Notes: generated from the sequence alone by a model not told the origin. 64,000 nt of DNA from an uncultured Myxococcales bacterium (GCA_964476185.1 CAYYZO010000004.1:17025-81024), one strand, 5' to 3'. Shown: positions 1-9,902, counted from the first letter of the stretch. Program-made: numbers and translations.

Positions 1-685
1 CGATCACGCCGCGGCGGGCGGTGACGAGGCGCCCGGCCAGCTCGTGCAGCACGTCGTCGCCGAGCCGCGACGCCGAGGCGACCCGGGTGAACGCGCGCTC
101 GCCGTCGCGCGCTCCTGCCGTGAAAGGACTGCCGGACGGAAAGCTCGCGTCGACGAACGGCTCGCGCAGCGGCACGTTCAGGTGCACGGCGCCGCCGCTT
201 CCGCCGCGGGCGGTCGCGACCGCCCGCGCGGCGAGCGAACGCAGCACCCGCGCCGAACCGGGCGTCGGTTCGAGGATCGGCACGTCGGCGGCCCAGCGCA
301 CGTGAGAGCCGAACAGGGCGACCTGGTCGATCGTCTGCGGCGCCGCGCAGTCGCGCAGCTCGGGCGGACGGTCGGCGGTCAGGAAGAGCAGCGCGCCGCC
401 GCCCAGCGTCGCCTCGGCCGCGGCCGGCAGCAGGTTCGCGGCGGCCGTGCCGGAGGTGCAGACGACGGCGACCGGTTCGCGCCTCGCACGGGCGATGCCG
501 AGCGCGAAGAAGCCCAGGCTGCGCTCGTCGGTCGCGACGCGGGTCGCCAGGTCGTCGCGCTCGGCGACGGCGAGCGCGAGCGGGGTCGAGCGCGAACCCG
601 GCGCGACGCAGACGGTGCGCACGCCGCCGCGCGCGAGCTCGTCGATCAGCGCGCGCGCGGTGAACAAGGCGGTGCTCGTCGTCAT
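1..685 (-). CDS. menD: SEPHCHC synthase MenD (N-terminal part; runs off the window's left edge)
   Basis: Minus-strand translation from ATG at 685 reads MTTSTALFTARALIDELARGGVRTVCVAPGSRSTPLA...DERSLGFFALG, the MenD N-terminal motifs; lies directly after menF. Confidence 0.92.
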   Translation of the reverse strand, partial: MTTSTALFTARALIDELARGGVRTVCVAPGSRSTPLALAVAERDDLATRVATDERSLGFFALGIARARREPVAVVCTSGTAAANLLPAAAEATLGGGALLFLTADRPPELRDCAAPQTIDQVALFGSHVRWAADVPILEPTPGSARVLRSLAARAVATARGGSGGAVHLNVPLREPFVDASFPSGSPFTAGARDGERAFTRVASASRLGDDVLHELAGRLVTARRGVI

Positions 686-707
686 CGGGAAGCCCGCGGG
701 CACCGGC

Positions 708-1994
708 TCAGGCCGCGCACTCGTCGTTGCCGCGTTCGAAGTACGGCACGATGCTCGTCATCTTGCGCTCGGTCTCGTCGAACTCCCGTTCGGCCGAGGA
801 GCCCTCGACGATGCCGGCGCCGGCCCAGACGTGCGCCGCGTCGCCGTCGAGCAGCGCGGCGCGAAGCGCCACCGCGAGCTCGCCGTCGCCGTCGCCGGAG
901 ATCCAGCCGACCGCGCCGCCGTACCAGCCGCGGTCCGGCTCCTCGATCGTGAGCTGCCGGCAGGCGCTCTCGCGCGGCGCGCCGCAGACGGCAGGCGTCG
1001 GGTGCAGGCGCGAGGCCACGCGCAGGAGGTCGCGCCCGGCCGGCGCGAGCCGGGCGCGGACCGGCGTGTGCAGGTGGTGCGCTTCCGGCAACCGGACGAG
1101 CGCCGGGGTTTCGGGAACGTCGACGTCGAACGCCAGCGGCGCGAGCGCGTCGCGGATCGCGTCGACGACGATGCGGTGTTCGCGCCGTTCCTTCGCCGAG
1201 GCTTCGAGCTCGCGCGCGAGCGCCTCGTCGTGGCTCTTCGACAGGCCGCGCGGCGCGGTGCCCGCGAGGGCGTCCGCCAGCAGCTCGTCGCCGTCGACGC
1301 GCAGCAGCCGCTCGGGGCTCGAGCCGAGGAACGTGCGCCCGCTCCAGCGCACGAGGAACGTGAAGCAGGACGGCCGGTGCTCGGCCAGCGCGCGAAGCAG
1401 GGCGGGGACGGCCGGCGGCGCCGGCGTCGCGACGGTGCAGCGGCGCGCGAGCACGATCTTCTCGAGGCTGCCGGCGCGGATCGCGTCCACCGCGCGCTCG
1501 ACGCGCTCGCGCCAGGTGGCGGCGTCGGCGCCGCACGCCGGTGTCGACCGGGAAGCGACCGTGGCGGCGGCCAGCAGCGACTGCGGCGTCTGTGCGCGCC
1601 CCGGCGGCGTCGTGACGGCCATGCGGCGCACTCCGCCGCGTCGCACCCACAGCACGCGCGGCACGAAGAAGCGCAGCGACGGGAAGCCTTCCCACGGGCT
1701 CGCCGGCGCGTCGTCGCCGAACGCGAAGCCGCCGACGGCCAGCGGCAGCGATGGATCGCCGTCGTCGAGCGCTTCGCGCAGCATGGCGAGCGAGGCGCTC
1801 GCGTGTTCGAAGCGGCCCGCGCCGGAGCCCTCGATGCTCGCGACGGCGCCGAGCCCCGCGATCTCGACGTCGCGCTCGTCGCTTCGCCAGTAGAACGCCG
1901 GCTCGCCGGGCGCCAGCTCGATCGCCTCGAGGGGGTCGGCGACGACATCGGCTTCGAGAAGCACGCGCCGCATGCGGTTCGTCGCCGGTCTCAT
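708..1994 (-). CDS. menF: Isochorismate synthase
   Basis: Chorismate-binding motifs EKIVLAR, GSSPERL, LAGTAPRG, KERREH, LHPTPAVCG, WAGAGIVEGS; ATG at 1994 overlaps the menG stop (ATGA). Confidence 0.9.
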   Translation of the reverse strand: MRPATNRMRRVLLEADVVADPLEAIELAPGEPAFYWRSDERDVEIAGLGAVASIEGSGAGRFEHASASLAMLREALDDGDPSLPLAVGGFAFGDDAPASPWEGFPSLRFFVPRVLWVRRGGVRRMAVTTPPGRAQTPQSLLAAATVASRSTPACGADAATWRERVERAVDAIRAGSLEKIVLARRCTVATPAPPAVPALLRALAEHRPSCFTFLVRWSGRTFLGSSPERLLRVDGDELLADALAGTAPRGLSKSHDEALARELEASAKERREHRIVVDAIRDALAPLAFDVDVPETPALVRLPEAHHLHTPVRARLAPAGRDLLRVASRLHPTPAVCGAPRESACRQLTIEEPDRGWYGGAVGWISGDGDGELAVALRAALLDGDAAHVWAGAGIVEGSSAEREFDETERKMTSIVPYFERGNDECAA

Positions 1995-2686
1995 CGGATC
2001 GCCCTCACGCCGGTGACGATCTGCACCGCGCCGAACATCGCGTTCTCGCGGCGGACGTCGGTGAAGCCCGAGCGCTCGAGCATCGTCTTCATCTTCGGCC
2101 ACGGCGGCAGGTAGACGGCCGACTCGGGCAGGTAGGAGTAGGCCTTGCGGTCGGCGAGCACGCTCCCGACGAGCGGGACGACGCGGTCGAAATAGAGCGA
2201 GTGGCCGAAGCGGACCGCCTTGTTCGCGGGCTTGTCGACTTCGAGCAGGCCCACGCGGCCGCCGGGCCGGAGCACGCGGGCCATCTCGTCGAAGGCCGGC
2301 TGCAGCTCGGCGAAGTTGCGCAGCGCGAAACCGCAGACGACGGCGTCGAACGCCTCGGTCGCGAACGGCAGGTTCATCGCGTCGGCGCGGACCAGGATCC
2401 TTGCGAGCCCGCGCCGCCCGGCGTGGTGGAGCATCCGCGCGGCGTAGTCGGTGGCGATCACGCGCGCGCCGCGCGCGCGGCAGAGTTCCGCGAAATCGCC
2501 GGTGCCGCACGCGACGTCGAGCACGCGCTGGCGCGGCGCGAGGCGGATGCGGTCGAGCGTCCGGCGCCGCCAGGCCTGGTCGAGGCCGAACGTCAGCAGC
2601 CGGTTCATGCGGTCGTAGTGCGGCGCGATGCGGTCGAACATCTGCTCGACGACGGCGGCCTTCTCCTGGGACGAGGGAAGCGTCAC
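1991..2686 (-). CDS. menG: Demethylmenaquinone methyltransferase (MenG/UbiE)
   Basis: MFDRIAPHYDRMNRLLTFG, VLDVACGTGD, GFALRNF, RVLRPGG, YSYLPES; GTG start overlaps the MerR stop (GTGA). Confidence 0.9.
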   Translation of the reverse strand: MTLPSSQEKAAVVEQMFDRIAPHYDRMNRLLTFGLDQAWRRRTLDRIRLAPRQRVLDVACGTGDFAELCRARGARVIATDYAARMLHHAGRRGLARILVRADAMNLPFATEAFDAVVCGFALRNFAELQPAFDEMARVLRPGGRVGLLEVDKPANKAVRFGHSLYFDRVVPLVGSVLADRKAYSYLPESAVYLPPWPKMKTMLERSGFTDVRRENAMFGAVQIVTGVRAIR

Positions 2687-3471
2687 TGCCAGCTCACCTT
2701 CAGTTTCGTGCGCGACGCGACCTTCAGCGCGAACGACAGCGTGCTGGCGTCGCCTTTCTTCCTGAGGCGCTGGAGCGCGCGGTTGACGAGCACGCGCTGG
2801 AAGTGGTGCGCGACGATCGCCGTCGCGACCGGCAGCAGCTCGCGGAACGCGCGCGCGACGGCCTCGCCGTTCTCGCCGTCGCCGTCGCCGGCTCCGGCGT
2901 GCTTCTTGCGCACGTGGTCGTCGAAGAGGTCGATCGCGGCGTCGCAGGTCTTGCGCACGGCGCGGTCGTGGCGAACGGCGAGCGCGAGCAGCCTGGTGAG
3001 CGGGAAGCCGTAGGACAGCAGCCGGATCGCGCCGCGGGCGGCGGCGAGGTCGCCGGCGCTGTAGCGGCGCCGGCCATCGGCGGTTTCCTGGCCCTCGGCG
3101 AGCCCGGCCTCCTCGACCGAGCGGATCAGCGCGGGCGGGACGCCGAGCGCGCGCGCCAGGTCCTCGCCGGAGTAGGCCTCGCCGTCGATCTCCTCCTCGA
3201 GGGCGGCCAGCAGGGCGGTGTCGCTGCGGTCGGTCCCGACGCCGTCCCCGGAGGCCTCGCCGCGCTCGAGCAGCAGGCGAATCGCCTTCAGCGACAGGCC
3301 CTTGGCCGCCATCGACCGGATCAGGCGCAGGCGCGCGAGGTGCTCCTCTGTATAGACGGCCTTGCGGCCGGCGCGTCCCGGGGCCGGCAGCAGCCCCCCG
3401 GTCTGGTAGAAGCGGATCGTGTCCACCGAGACCCCGGCCGCGGTCGCGAGATCGGCGACTTCGTACTCCAT
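2683..3471 (-). CDS. MerR-family transcriptional regulator with two HTH-like segments
   Basis: N-terminal VADLATAAGVSVDTIRFYQTGGLL...VYTEEHLARLRLI; second segment GEDLARALGVPPALIRSVEEAGL...RRYSAGDL. Confidence 0.88.
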   Translation of the reverse strand: MEYEVADLATAAGVSVDTIRFYQTGGLLPAPGRAGRKAVYTEEHLARLRLIRSMAAKGLSLKAIRLLLERGEASGDGVGTDRSDTALLAALEEEIDGEAYSGEDLARALGVPPALIRSVEEAGLAEGQETADGRRRYSAGDLAAARGAIRLLSYGFPLTRLLALAVRHDRAVRKTCDAAIDLFDDHVRKKHAGAGDGDGENGEAVARAFRELLPVATAIVAHHFQRVLVNRALQRLRKKGDASTLSFALKVASRTKLKVSWQ

Positions 3472-3508
3472 GAGTCCGGACTCTTAGAGTGATTGCTCGA
3501 AAGGTCAA
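3472..3508 (-). promoter_or_regulatory. Putative promoter/operator of the MerR-men operon
   Basis: Minus-strand TTGACC at 3508-3503; overlapping palindromes GAGTCCGGACTC (3472-3483) and ACTCT-T-AGAGT (3480-3490) directly before the ATG; no clear -10. Confidence 0.45.
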
Positions 3509-3642
3509 CGGCGCCGGCGTGCGGCGGTAGGGCGCCTTGGGCCGGCGACGCCCGGCCGGGGAGACGGGCCCGGGACCGGGTCGCGCCGGGTCGCGCCGGG
3601 CGCGCCGGTCGCGGGGCGGGGGCCGGGCCTCGCCCCGACCGC

Positions 3643-4803
3643 TCAGGCGGACGCCAGGGCCGTTTCCATGCGATCGAGGATCCGGGTCAGCACGGCCCGC
3701 GAGGTCGCGAAGTTCAGCCGCACGTGGCCGCGGCCGTCCTCGCCGAAGTCGGCGCCGTCGGACAGCGCGACGCGCGCGCGCTCGAGCAGGAACCGCTGCG
3801 GCGTCGGGTCGAGGGCGAGCGCGTTGCAGTCGATCCACGCGAGGTAGGTGGCTTCCGCCGGCACGTGCGCCATCGTCGGCCACCGCCGTGCGATCTCGCC
3901 GGCGAGGAAATCGCGATTGCCGGCGAGGTAGCGCACGACGCCGTCGCGCCACTCGTCGCAGGCGCCGCTCCACGCGACCTCGGTCGCGGCGAGCCCGATC
4001 GTTCCCAGCCCGCCGCGCGCGTGGCGGTGCACGCGATGGAACTTCTGCTGCAACTCGCGGGTGCCGAACGCGGCCACCGCGCAGCGCAGTCCCGCGATGT
4101 GGAACGCCTTCGACGCCGAGCTGAGCGTGATCGTGCGGGCGGCGGCGTCGGGGGAGAGCGTCGCGAACGGGATGTGCGTCGCTCCCGGCAGCACGAGGTC
4201 GGAGTGGATCTCGTCGCTGACGACGACGAGGTCGCGCTCGATCGCGATCGCGGCGAGCGCCTCGAGTTCCTCGCGCGACAGCGCGTGCCCGGTCGGGTTG
4301 TGCGGGTTGCAGAGCAACAGCAGTCGCGTTGGCGACGGCATCTCGGCGCGGAGCCGCTCGAGGTCCACGCGCCAGCCGGCGTCCGTGCGCACGAAACGCT
4401 TCCAGGCCGGCGTGCGGCGGTTCGCGCGCAGCGCCTCGAGGAACGGCGGGTAGATCGGCATCGGGCAGACGACCGCGTCCCCCGGCTCGCTGAAGATCGA
4501 GACCGCGAGGTGCAGTCCCTGCACGACGTCGGTCAGCACGTCCACGCGCTCCGGGTCGAGCGTCCAGCCGAAGCGCTGCTGCATGCGGCGCGCGAACGCC
4601 GCCGGCACGCCGTCGCGCGTCGGTCCGAGCGGGTAGCCGAAGTCCGACCGCTCGACCATCTCCGCGATCGCGCGCCGGATCGGTTCGGCGACCGCGAAGT
4701 CCATGTCCGCGACCCACGCGGGCAGCACGTCGGCCGGCACCTGCGTCCACTTCGCGCCGCGGCCGCGGCGCAGCGCCTCGATGTCGACGTCGTCGAAGTT
4801 CAT
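3643..4803 (-). CDS. patB: PLP-dependent MalY/PatB-family cystathionine beta-lyase/aminotransferase
   Basis: KWTQVPADVLPAWVADMDF, LCNPHNPTG, SDEIH, SASKAFHIAGL, YLAWID, RLNFAT. Confidence 0.88.
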   Translation of the reverse strand: MNFDDVDIEALRRGRGAKWTQVPADVLPAWVADMDFAVAEPIRRAIAEMVERSDFGYPLGPTRDGVPAAFARRMQQRFGWTLDPERVDVLTDVVQGLHLAVSIFSEPGDAVVCPMPIYPPFLEALRANRRTPAWKRFVRTDAGWRVDLERLRAEMPSPTRLLLLCNPHNPTGHALSREELEALAAIAIERDLVVVSDEIHSDLVLPGATHIPFATLSPDAAARTITLSSASKAFHIAGLRCAVAAFGTRELQQKFHRVHRHARGGLGTIGLAATEVAWSGACDEWRDGVVRYLAGNRDFLAGEIARRWPTMAHVPAEATYLAWIDCNALALDPTPQRFLLERARVALSDGADFGEDGRGHVRLNFATSRAVLTRILDRMETALASA

Positions 4804-5059
4804 GGGGATCAGCGGGTCTCCCTGCGGTGCGCCCTCCGCGTACGGGCGAGGACGCGAGCGATCGGGTCGTCGCCGCGCCTGGAGCAGTGCTTGCCGCGCC
4901 TCGACACTCGGATCCGTCGCTCGGGCACGGAGTCTGGCGTTCCCGCCCTGCAGACGGAAGCTGGAACGCCGATTCGGCCGGTGCGGTGGCCAGACCCGGG
5001 ACGCAGGGCTAGGGTCGGCGATGCGCCAGCGTCGGCGCCACCCATCTGGAGGAACCGCC

Positions 5060-6946
5060 ATGGCCGAAGGCTCCGAGAAGATCACCAGCGAGGAAGAGTC
5101 GCGACGCGTCGCCGAGGAATCGCGCGAGCAGGTCTGGGCCGGTCGCGCCTTCATCCGCGAACTCTACCTCGGCCAGTTCCCGCTCGACATCGTCCACCCG
5201 TTCCCGGCGGCGCAGCGCGCGAACCCGGAGTTCGAGGACTGGATCGGTCGGCTCGAGGCATTCCTTCGCGACGAGGTCGACTCGGCCGAGATCGACCGGA
5301 CCGGCGAGTATCCGGCGCACGTGCTCGACCGGCTGCGCGAACTCGGCGCGTTCGGCATCAAGATCCCGAAGAAGTACGGCGGCCTCGGGTTCTCGGTCAG
5401 CGAGTACTGCAAGGCGATGGAACTGCTCGGCAGCTACGACGGCAACCTCGTCGCGCTGTTGTCCGCGCACCAGTCGATCGGCGTGCCGCCGCCGCTCACG
5501 GACTTCGGCACCGCGGAGCAGAAGCAGAAGTTCCTCACGCGCTGCGCCGCCGGCGCGATCTCCGCGTTCGCGCTGACCGAGCCGAACGTCGGCTCCGACC
5601 CGTCGTCGCTGGCGACCACGTGCGAGGAGGACGGCGACTTCTGGGTGCTGAACGGCGAGAAGCTCTGGTGCACGAACGGCACCATCGCGGAGCTGCTCGT
5701 GGTGATGGCGCGCAACCCGAAGACGAAGAAGATCAGCGCCTTCGTCGTCGACGCGGACACGCCGGGGGTCAAGGTCGAGCACCGCAGCCGGTTCATGGGA
5801 CTGCGCGCGCTCGCCAACGGCGTCCTGTCGTTCACCGACGTGCGCGTGCCGAAGGAGAACCTGATCGGAGGGGAGGGCAGCGGCCTGCGCATCGCCCTGA
5901 CCACGCTGAACACGGGCCGGCTTTCGCTGCCGGCCGCGTGCACCGGCGCTGCCAAGCGCTGCCTCGAGATCGTCAAGGGCTGGTCGGCGGCGCGTTCGCA
6001 GTGGGGGCTGCCGATCTGGAAGCACGAGGCCATCTCGAACAAGATCGCCGAGATCGCCGCGACGACGTTCGCGATGGAGGCGATCTCGACGATCACGGCG
6101 CACATGGCCGAGCGCGGCGGCTACGACATCCGCCTCGAAGCGGCGGCCGCCAAGGAATGGAACAGCGTCCAGGGCTGGAAGATGATCGACTCGACGCTGC
6201 AGATCCGCGGCGGCCGCGGGTACGAGAACGAGATCTCGCTGCGCGAACGCGGGGAAGCGGCCATCCCGGTCGAGCGCATGATGCGCGACAGCCGCATCAA
6301 CCTGATCTTCGAAGGCTCGAGCGAGGTCATGCACCTGTTCATGGCGCGCGAGGCGGTCGACAAGCACCTCGAGGTCGCCGGCGCGATGATCGACCCGAAG
6401 GCCTCCAGCGAAGACCGCCGGCGGGCGCTGCCCGGCATCGCGGCGTTCTACGCGAGCTGGTACCCGCCGCTGTGGCTGAAGGGGTTGCGGACGCCGTTCC
6501 AGTACGGCGACTGGGGAGAGCTGGCCGGGCACATCCGGTTCGTCGACCGGGGCGCCCGCAAGCTCGCCCGCTCGAGTTTCCACGCGATGGCCCTCTACCA
6601 GGCCAAGATGGAGAAGAAGCAGGCCCTGCTGTTCCGCACGGTCGACGTGGTCATGGAGCTGTTCGCGATGACGGTCGCGTGCTCGCGGGCCCGCCAGATG
6701 AAGGAAGCCGGCGACCCGAACGCCGCCGAGGCCGTCCGCCTGGCGGACCTGTTCTGCCGGCTGTCGCGGCGCCGGGTCGCGGCATCGTTCCGCGGGCTGT
6801 GGCGCAACGACGACGCGGCGGCGGGGAAGGTGACGGCCAGCGTGATGGAGGGGCGCTACGACTGGCTCGCCGCAGAAGGCGTCGTCGATCTGCGGCTGCC
6901 GACCGACGCCTGGGAACCGCGCCCGTTCCGCCGACCGGAAGGCTGA
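5060..6946 (+). CDS. Long-chain acyl-CoA dehydrogenase (ACAD9/VLCAD-like)
   Basis: GGAGG RBS at 5048; AHQSIG, AFALTEPNVGSD, LNGEKLWCTNG, LNTGRL, QIRGGRGYE, RINLIFEGSSE plus C-terminal extension. Confidence 0.92.
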   Translation: MAEGSEKITSEEESRRVAEESREQVWAGRAFIRELYLGQFPLDIVHPFPAAQRANPEFEDWIGRLEAFLRDEVDSAEIDRTGEYPAHVLDRLRELGAFGIKIPKKYGGLGFSVSEYCKAMELLGSYDGNLVALLSAHQSIGVPPPLTDFGTAEQKQKFLTRCAAGAISAFALTEPNVGSDPSSLATTCEEDGDFWVLNGEKLWCTNGTIAELLVVMARNPKTKKISAFVVDADTPGVKVEHRSRFMGLRALANGVLSFTDVRVPKENLIGGEGSGLRIALTTLNTGRLSLPAACTGAAKRCLEIVKGWSAARSQWGLPIWKHEAISNKIAEIAATTFAMEAISTITAHMAERGGYDIRLEAAAAKEWNSVQGWKMIDSTLQIRGGRGYENEISLRERGEAAIPVERMMRDSRINLIFEGSSEVMHLFMAREAVDKHLEVAGAMIDPKASSEDRRRALPGIAAFYASWYPPLWLKGLRTPFQYGDWGELAGHIRFVDRGARKLARSSFHAMALYQAKMEKKQALLFRTVDVVMELFAMTVACSRARQMKEAGDPNAAEAVRLADLFCRLSRRRVAASFRGLWRNDDAAAGKVTASVMEGRYDWLAAEGVVDLRLPTDAWEPRPFRRPEG

Positions 6947-7241
6947 TCGTTCCTCGTCCATCCCCGGCGAAGCGCCGGTGGTCCGCAGTCCGCAAAGTTC
7001 CGTCCGGGCGGAGGACGGCAGCCGCGCGCTCAGCGCCGGTGTCGCCCGGACTCGTTCCGAAGCGTTGGATTCCCGCGCTGCCGCCCTCGTCTTCGCGACA
7101 TTTCCAACCAGAGCGGGATGGGCTTCCAACGAGGAAGTGGGTGGCTGTCGCCTTTTTCGCGTGTCAGGATGTCCGCGTCACTTGGTCGGCGACGGCGCGT
7201 TTTCACGCGCCGCATCCGCCTCACAGGGGGAGATTCTCACG

Positions 7242-9650
7242 ATGAAGGCATCCACCGTCGTCTCGGCGACAGCGCTTCTGATGCTCGCCATGGCCTCCAA
7301 CGCGGCCGCCCAGGCCCAGACCTCGGATCAGCAGCGCTGCTTTAACAAGTCTTCAGGGGCTGCGCGCAAGGTCGCGACCAGCATGATCCGGGGCGGCGCA
7401 GACTGCCTCAAGTTCGCGGCTGCCGGGAAGCTCGACGGCATCACGGCCCAGGACTGCCTCACCGCCGACCTCAAGGGCAAGGTCGGCAAGGCGCGCACGA
7501 AGGTCGAGGGACAGGTCACCAAGAACTGCGGAGGCGCGAAGGATCCGAGCTTCGGTTTCACCGACGCCACGACGATCAACGACGGCCACGAGGAGGAGGG
7601 CGGCTACGTCGTTCCCGACAGCTTCGGCCCGGACCTCGACGCGGCGCTGGCCGGACCCCTGGCGGGCGACGCGAAGGCGCGCTGCACGTCCGGCGCGATC
7701 GGCCAGACCTCCAAGGTCGTCGACGCGATGCTGAAGACCTACCTCGGCTGCGTGAAGACCGGCCTGAAGGACGGCACGATCGTCAGCGACGCGGGGCTGG
7801 CCGCCTGTCTTTCGGACATCGTCACCGACTCCCGCGGTCGCGTCTCCAAGGCCGTTTCCCGCGTCGAGTCGAAGCTCGCCTCGAGCGCCTGCCCGGCCAC
7901 CCCGGGCGACTTCTTCCCCGCGATCGACGGTCCCGGGGAACTCTGCGACGACTACGGGATCGCCCTTCCGCTCAACGCGAACACGCTCGCGACCTGCCTG
8001 CGCAACCGTCTCCGTTGCCGGGTCTGCCGGATCGCGAACGCTTCGTGGGGGCTCGACGAGAGCTGCGACGGGTTCGACGACGGCCTCGTGAACGGGACCT
8101 GCCCCGAGTGCCCGAACGGAACGACCGACGTCGGCGAGGAGTGCGACGACGGCAACCTCGTCGACGGCGACGGCTGCACGAGCCAGTGCGTCCTCGAGTT
8201 CTGCGGCGACGGAATCATCAACAACGGCGGCGTCGAGCAGTGCGACGACGGCGAGGCCAACAGCGACACCGAGCCCGGCGCCTGCCGCACCAACTGCCAG
8301 TACGCGGGCTGCGGTGACGGCGTGGTGGACAGCGGGGAAGACTGCGACGGCGGCGGCGTCGCGACCGCGTCGTGCGACCTCGACTGCACGTTCGCCGTTT
8401 GCGGCGACGGGACCATCAATGGAGCCGCCGGCGAGGAGTGCGACGACTCCAACACCGATTACAACGACGCCTGCGTGTCGTGCCAGAACGCCGAGTGCGG
8501 CGACGGGTTCGTCCGCACCGGCTTCGAGCAGTGCGACAGCACCGAGTGCTGCACCGGGGCGTGCACGTTCGCGACGGCGGGCTCGGCCTGCACCGGCACC
8601 GAGGACATCTGCACGTCGCCTCAATGCAACGCCTCGGGAGTCTGCCTCGAGTCCCCGGCGAACGAGGGCCAGCCCTGCGACGACGACAACGTCTGCACGC
8701 TGTCTTCCGTCTGCGTGGCGGGGGATTGCGCGCCGGACGAGTGGTCGGGCGTCGGCCGCTCTTGCGAGTGGGCGATCGTCGGCGGCCCGACCAACAACAC
8801 CCGGGCGCTGACGAACATCGGGGCGAGTTCGATCGGTGGCAACATCTGCGCCCTGCATGCCGAGATCAGCGCAAGCACGAGCATCTCCGGCAACATCATC
8901 ACGAGTGACAACAGCAGCGGGGTCGGCGCCGTGTTCGGCGCGAGCGTGACGGTCGGCGGGGACGTCGTCACGGACCAGTACAGCGTGACGTCGAATTCGA
9001 GTCCCAGCCTCCCCGGCCTCGTCGGAACGACGACCATCCTTCCGAACCAGCACGTGCTGAAGAACCCGGCGCCGACGTTCTACGACACCTTCGGCACGGA
9101 CCCGCGCATCGACGATTGCGAGGCGGCTCAGGCCGACATTGCCGTGACCAAGGCGGCCCTCGATGCGCTGCCGACCACCGTGAACTACGGCAACACGTTC
9201 CAGGACCTGGTCGTGTCGCCGGCGCCGATCACGGCGGTCAACGTCGGGGGCGTGAACGTCTTCGACATGGTCTACCTGAACGGGACGGCCAGCGGCATCA
9301 CCATCACGCTCGACGGTGGCGGCAACCCGAACACGGTGTTCGTGCTGCGCGTATCGTTCCGCATGAACACCGGCCCGAACTGGACGTTCAACCTGACCAA
9401 CGGCCTGACCGCCGACCACGTGCTGTTCTACGTCAGCCGAACGACGGCGAGTTCCACGGAGCAGTGCGCGCTCGGCGAGAACAACGTCGGCGGCGGCACG
9501 CTGTTCTGTCCGCGCGTCTGGGTGAACATCAACAACGCGACGCAGTGGTCCGGCGCAGCCTACGGTGGGGCGAGCGCGCTCAACGGCCAGGTCCGCCTCG
9601 GGCAGGGCACGGTGCTGAACTACGTGCCGTTCACCGCGGCTCTGCCGTAG
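7242..9650 (+). CDS. Secreted Cys-rich protein: helical Cys repeats, Myxococcus-type Cys-rich repeats and a C-terminal DUF3494 ice-binding-like domain
   Basis: Signal peptide MKASTVVSATALLMLAMASNAAAQ; repeats CGDG...EECDDGN; C-terminal ITLDGGGNPNTVFVLRV...LTNGLTADHVLFYV resembles DUF3494. Confidence 0.75.
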   Translation: MKASTVVSATALLMLAMASNAAAQAQTSDQQRCFNKSSGAARKVATSMIRGGADCLKFAAAGKLDGITAQDCLTADLKGKVGKARTKVEGQVTKNCGGAKDPSFGFTDATTINDGHEEEGGYVVPDSFGPDLDAALAGPLAGDAKARCTSGAIGQTSKVVDAMLKTYLGCVKTGLKDGTIVSDAGLAACLSDIVTDSRGRVSKAVSRVESKLASSACPATPGDFFPAIDGPGELCDDYGIALPLNANTLATCLRNRLRCRVCRIANASWGLDESCDGFDDGLVNGTCPECPNGTTDVGEECDDGNLVDGDGCTSQCVLEFCGDGIINNGGVEQCDDGEANSDTEPGACRTNCQYAGCGDGVVDSGEDCDGGGVATASCDLDCTFAVCGDGTINGAAGEECDDSNTDYNDACVSCQNAECGDGFVRTGFEQCDSTECCTGACTFATAGSACTGTEDICTSPQCNASGVCLESPANEGQPCDDDNVCTLSSVCVAGDCAPDEWSGVGRSCEWAIVGGPTNNTRALTNIGASSIGGNICALHAEISASTSISGNIITSDNSSGVGAVFGASVTVGGDVVTDQYSVTSNSSPSLPGLVGTTTILPNQHVLKNPAPTFYDTFGTDPRIDDCEAAQADIAVTKAALDALPTTVNYGNTFQDLVVSPAPITAVNVGGVNVFDMVYLNGTASGITITLDGGGNPNTVFVLRVSFRMNTGPNWTFNLTNGLTADHVLFYVSRTTASSTEQCALGENNVGGGTLFCPRVWVNINNATQWSGAAYGGASALNGQVRLGQGTVLNYVPFTAALP

Positions 9651-9902
9651 CCGAGCCGTGGCCACGTCGCGCCTGCCGGCCGGATGCCGTCGCCCTCGGG
9701 GCGGGCGTCCGGCCAGCGGGACGTGCGTGCGGTGGTGGTGCCGATTGCACGCGCATTGCGCCCGTCGCGTCGCAAGTGTCCGCCGCAGTGCGGGAAAGTC
9801 GTGTTGACTTTGGCACACCGGCAGTGCTTGTCTTGGCCCCGGCGCGCTTCGGACGGCCTGGCCGCTGCCGTGCGCCCTCGAGTCCTCGACGGGAGAGCCC
9901 AG

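Noticed and set aside
3576-3613. Degenerate tandem decamer CCGGGTCGCG (two exact and two partial copies)
   Set aside because: Too short, with no spacers, so not CRISPR; probably slippage in GC-rich intergenic DNA.
6950-7240. Possible riboswitch in the long leader of the ice-binding-like gene
   Set aside because: I recognised no c-di-GMP, cobalamin, TPP or SAM consensus; an Infernal search would be needed to exclude one.
9743-9830. Sigma54-like TTGCAC-N5-TTGC and TGGCAC motifs upstream of the 9903 gene
   Set aside because: The first lacks the invariant -24 GG; the second has the wrong GG-to-GC spacing.
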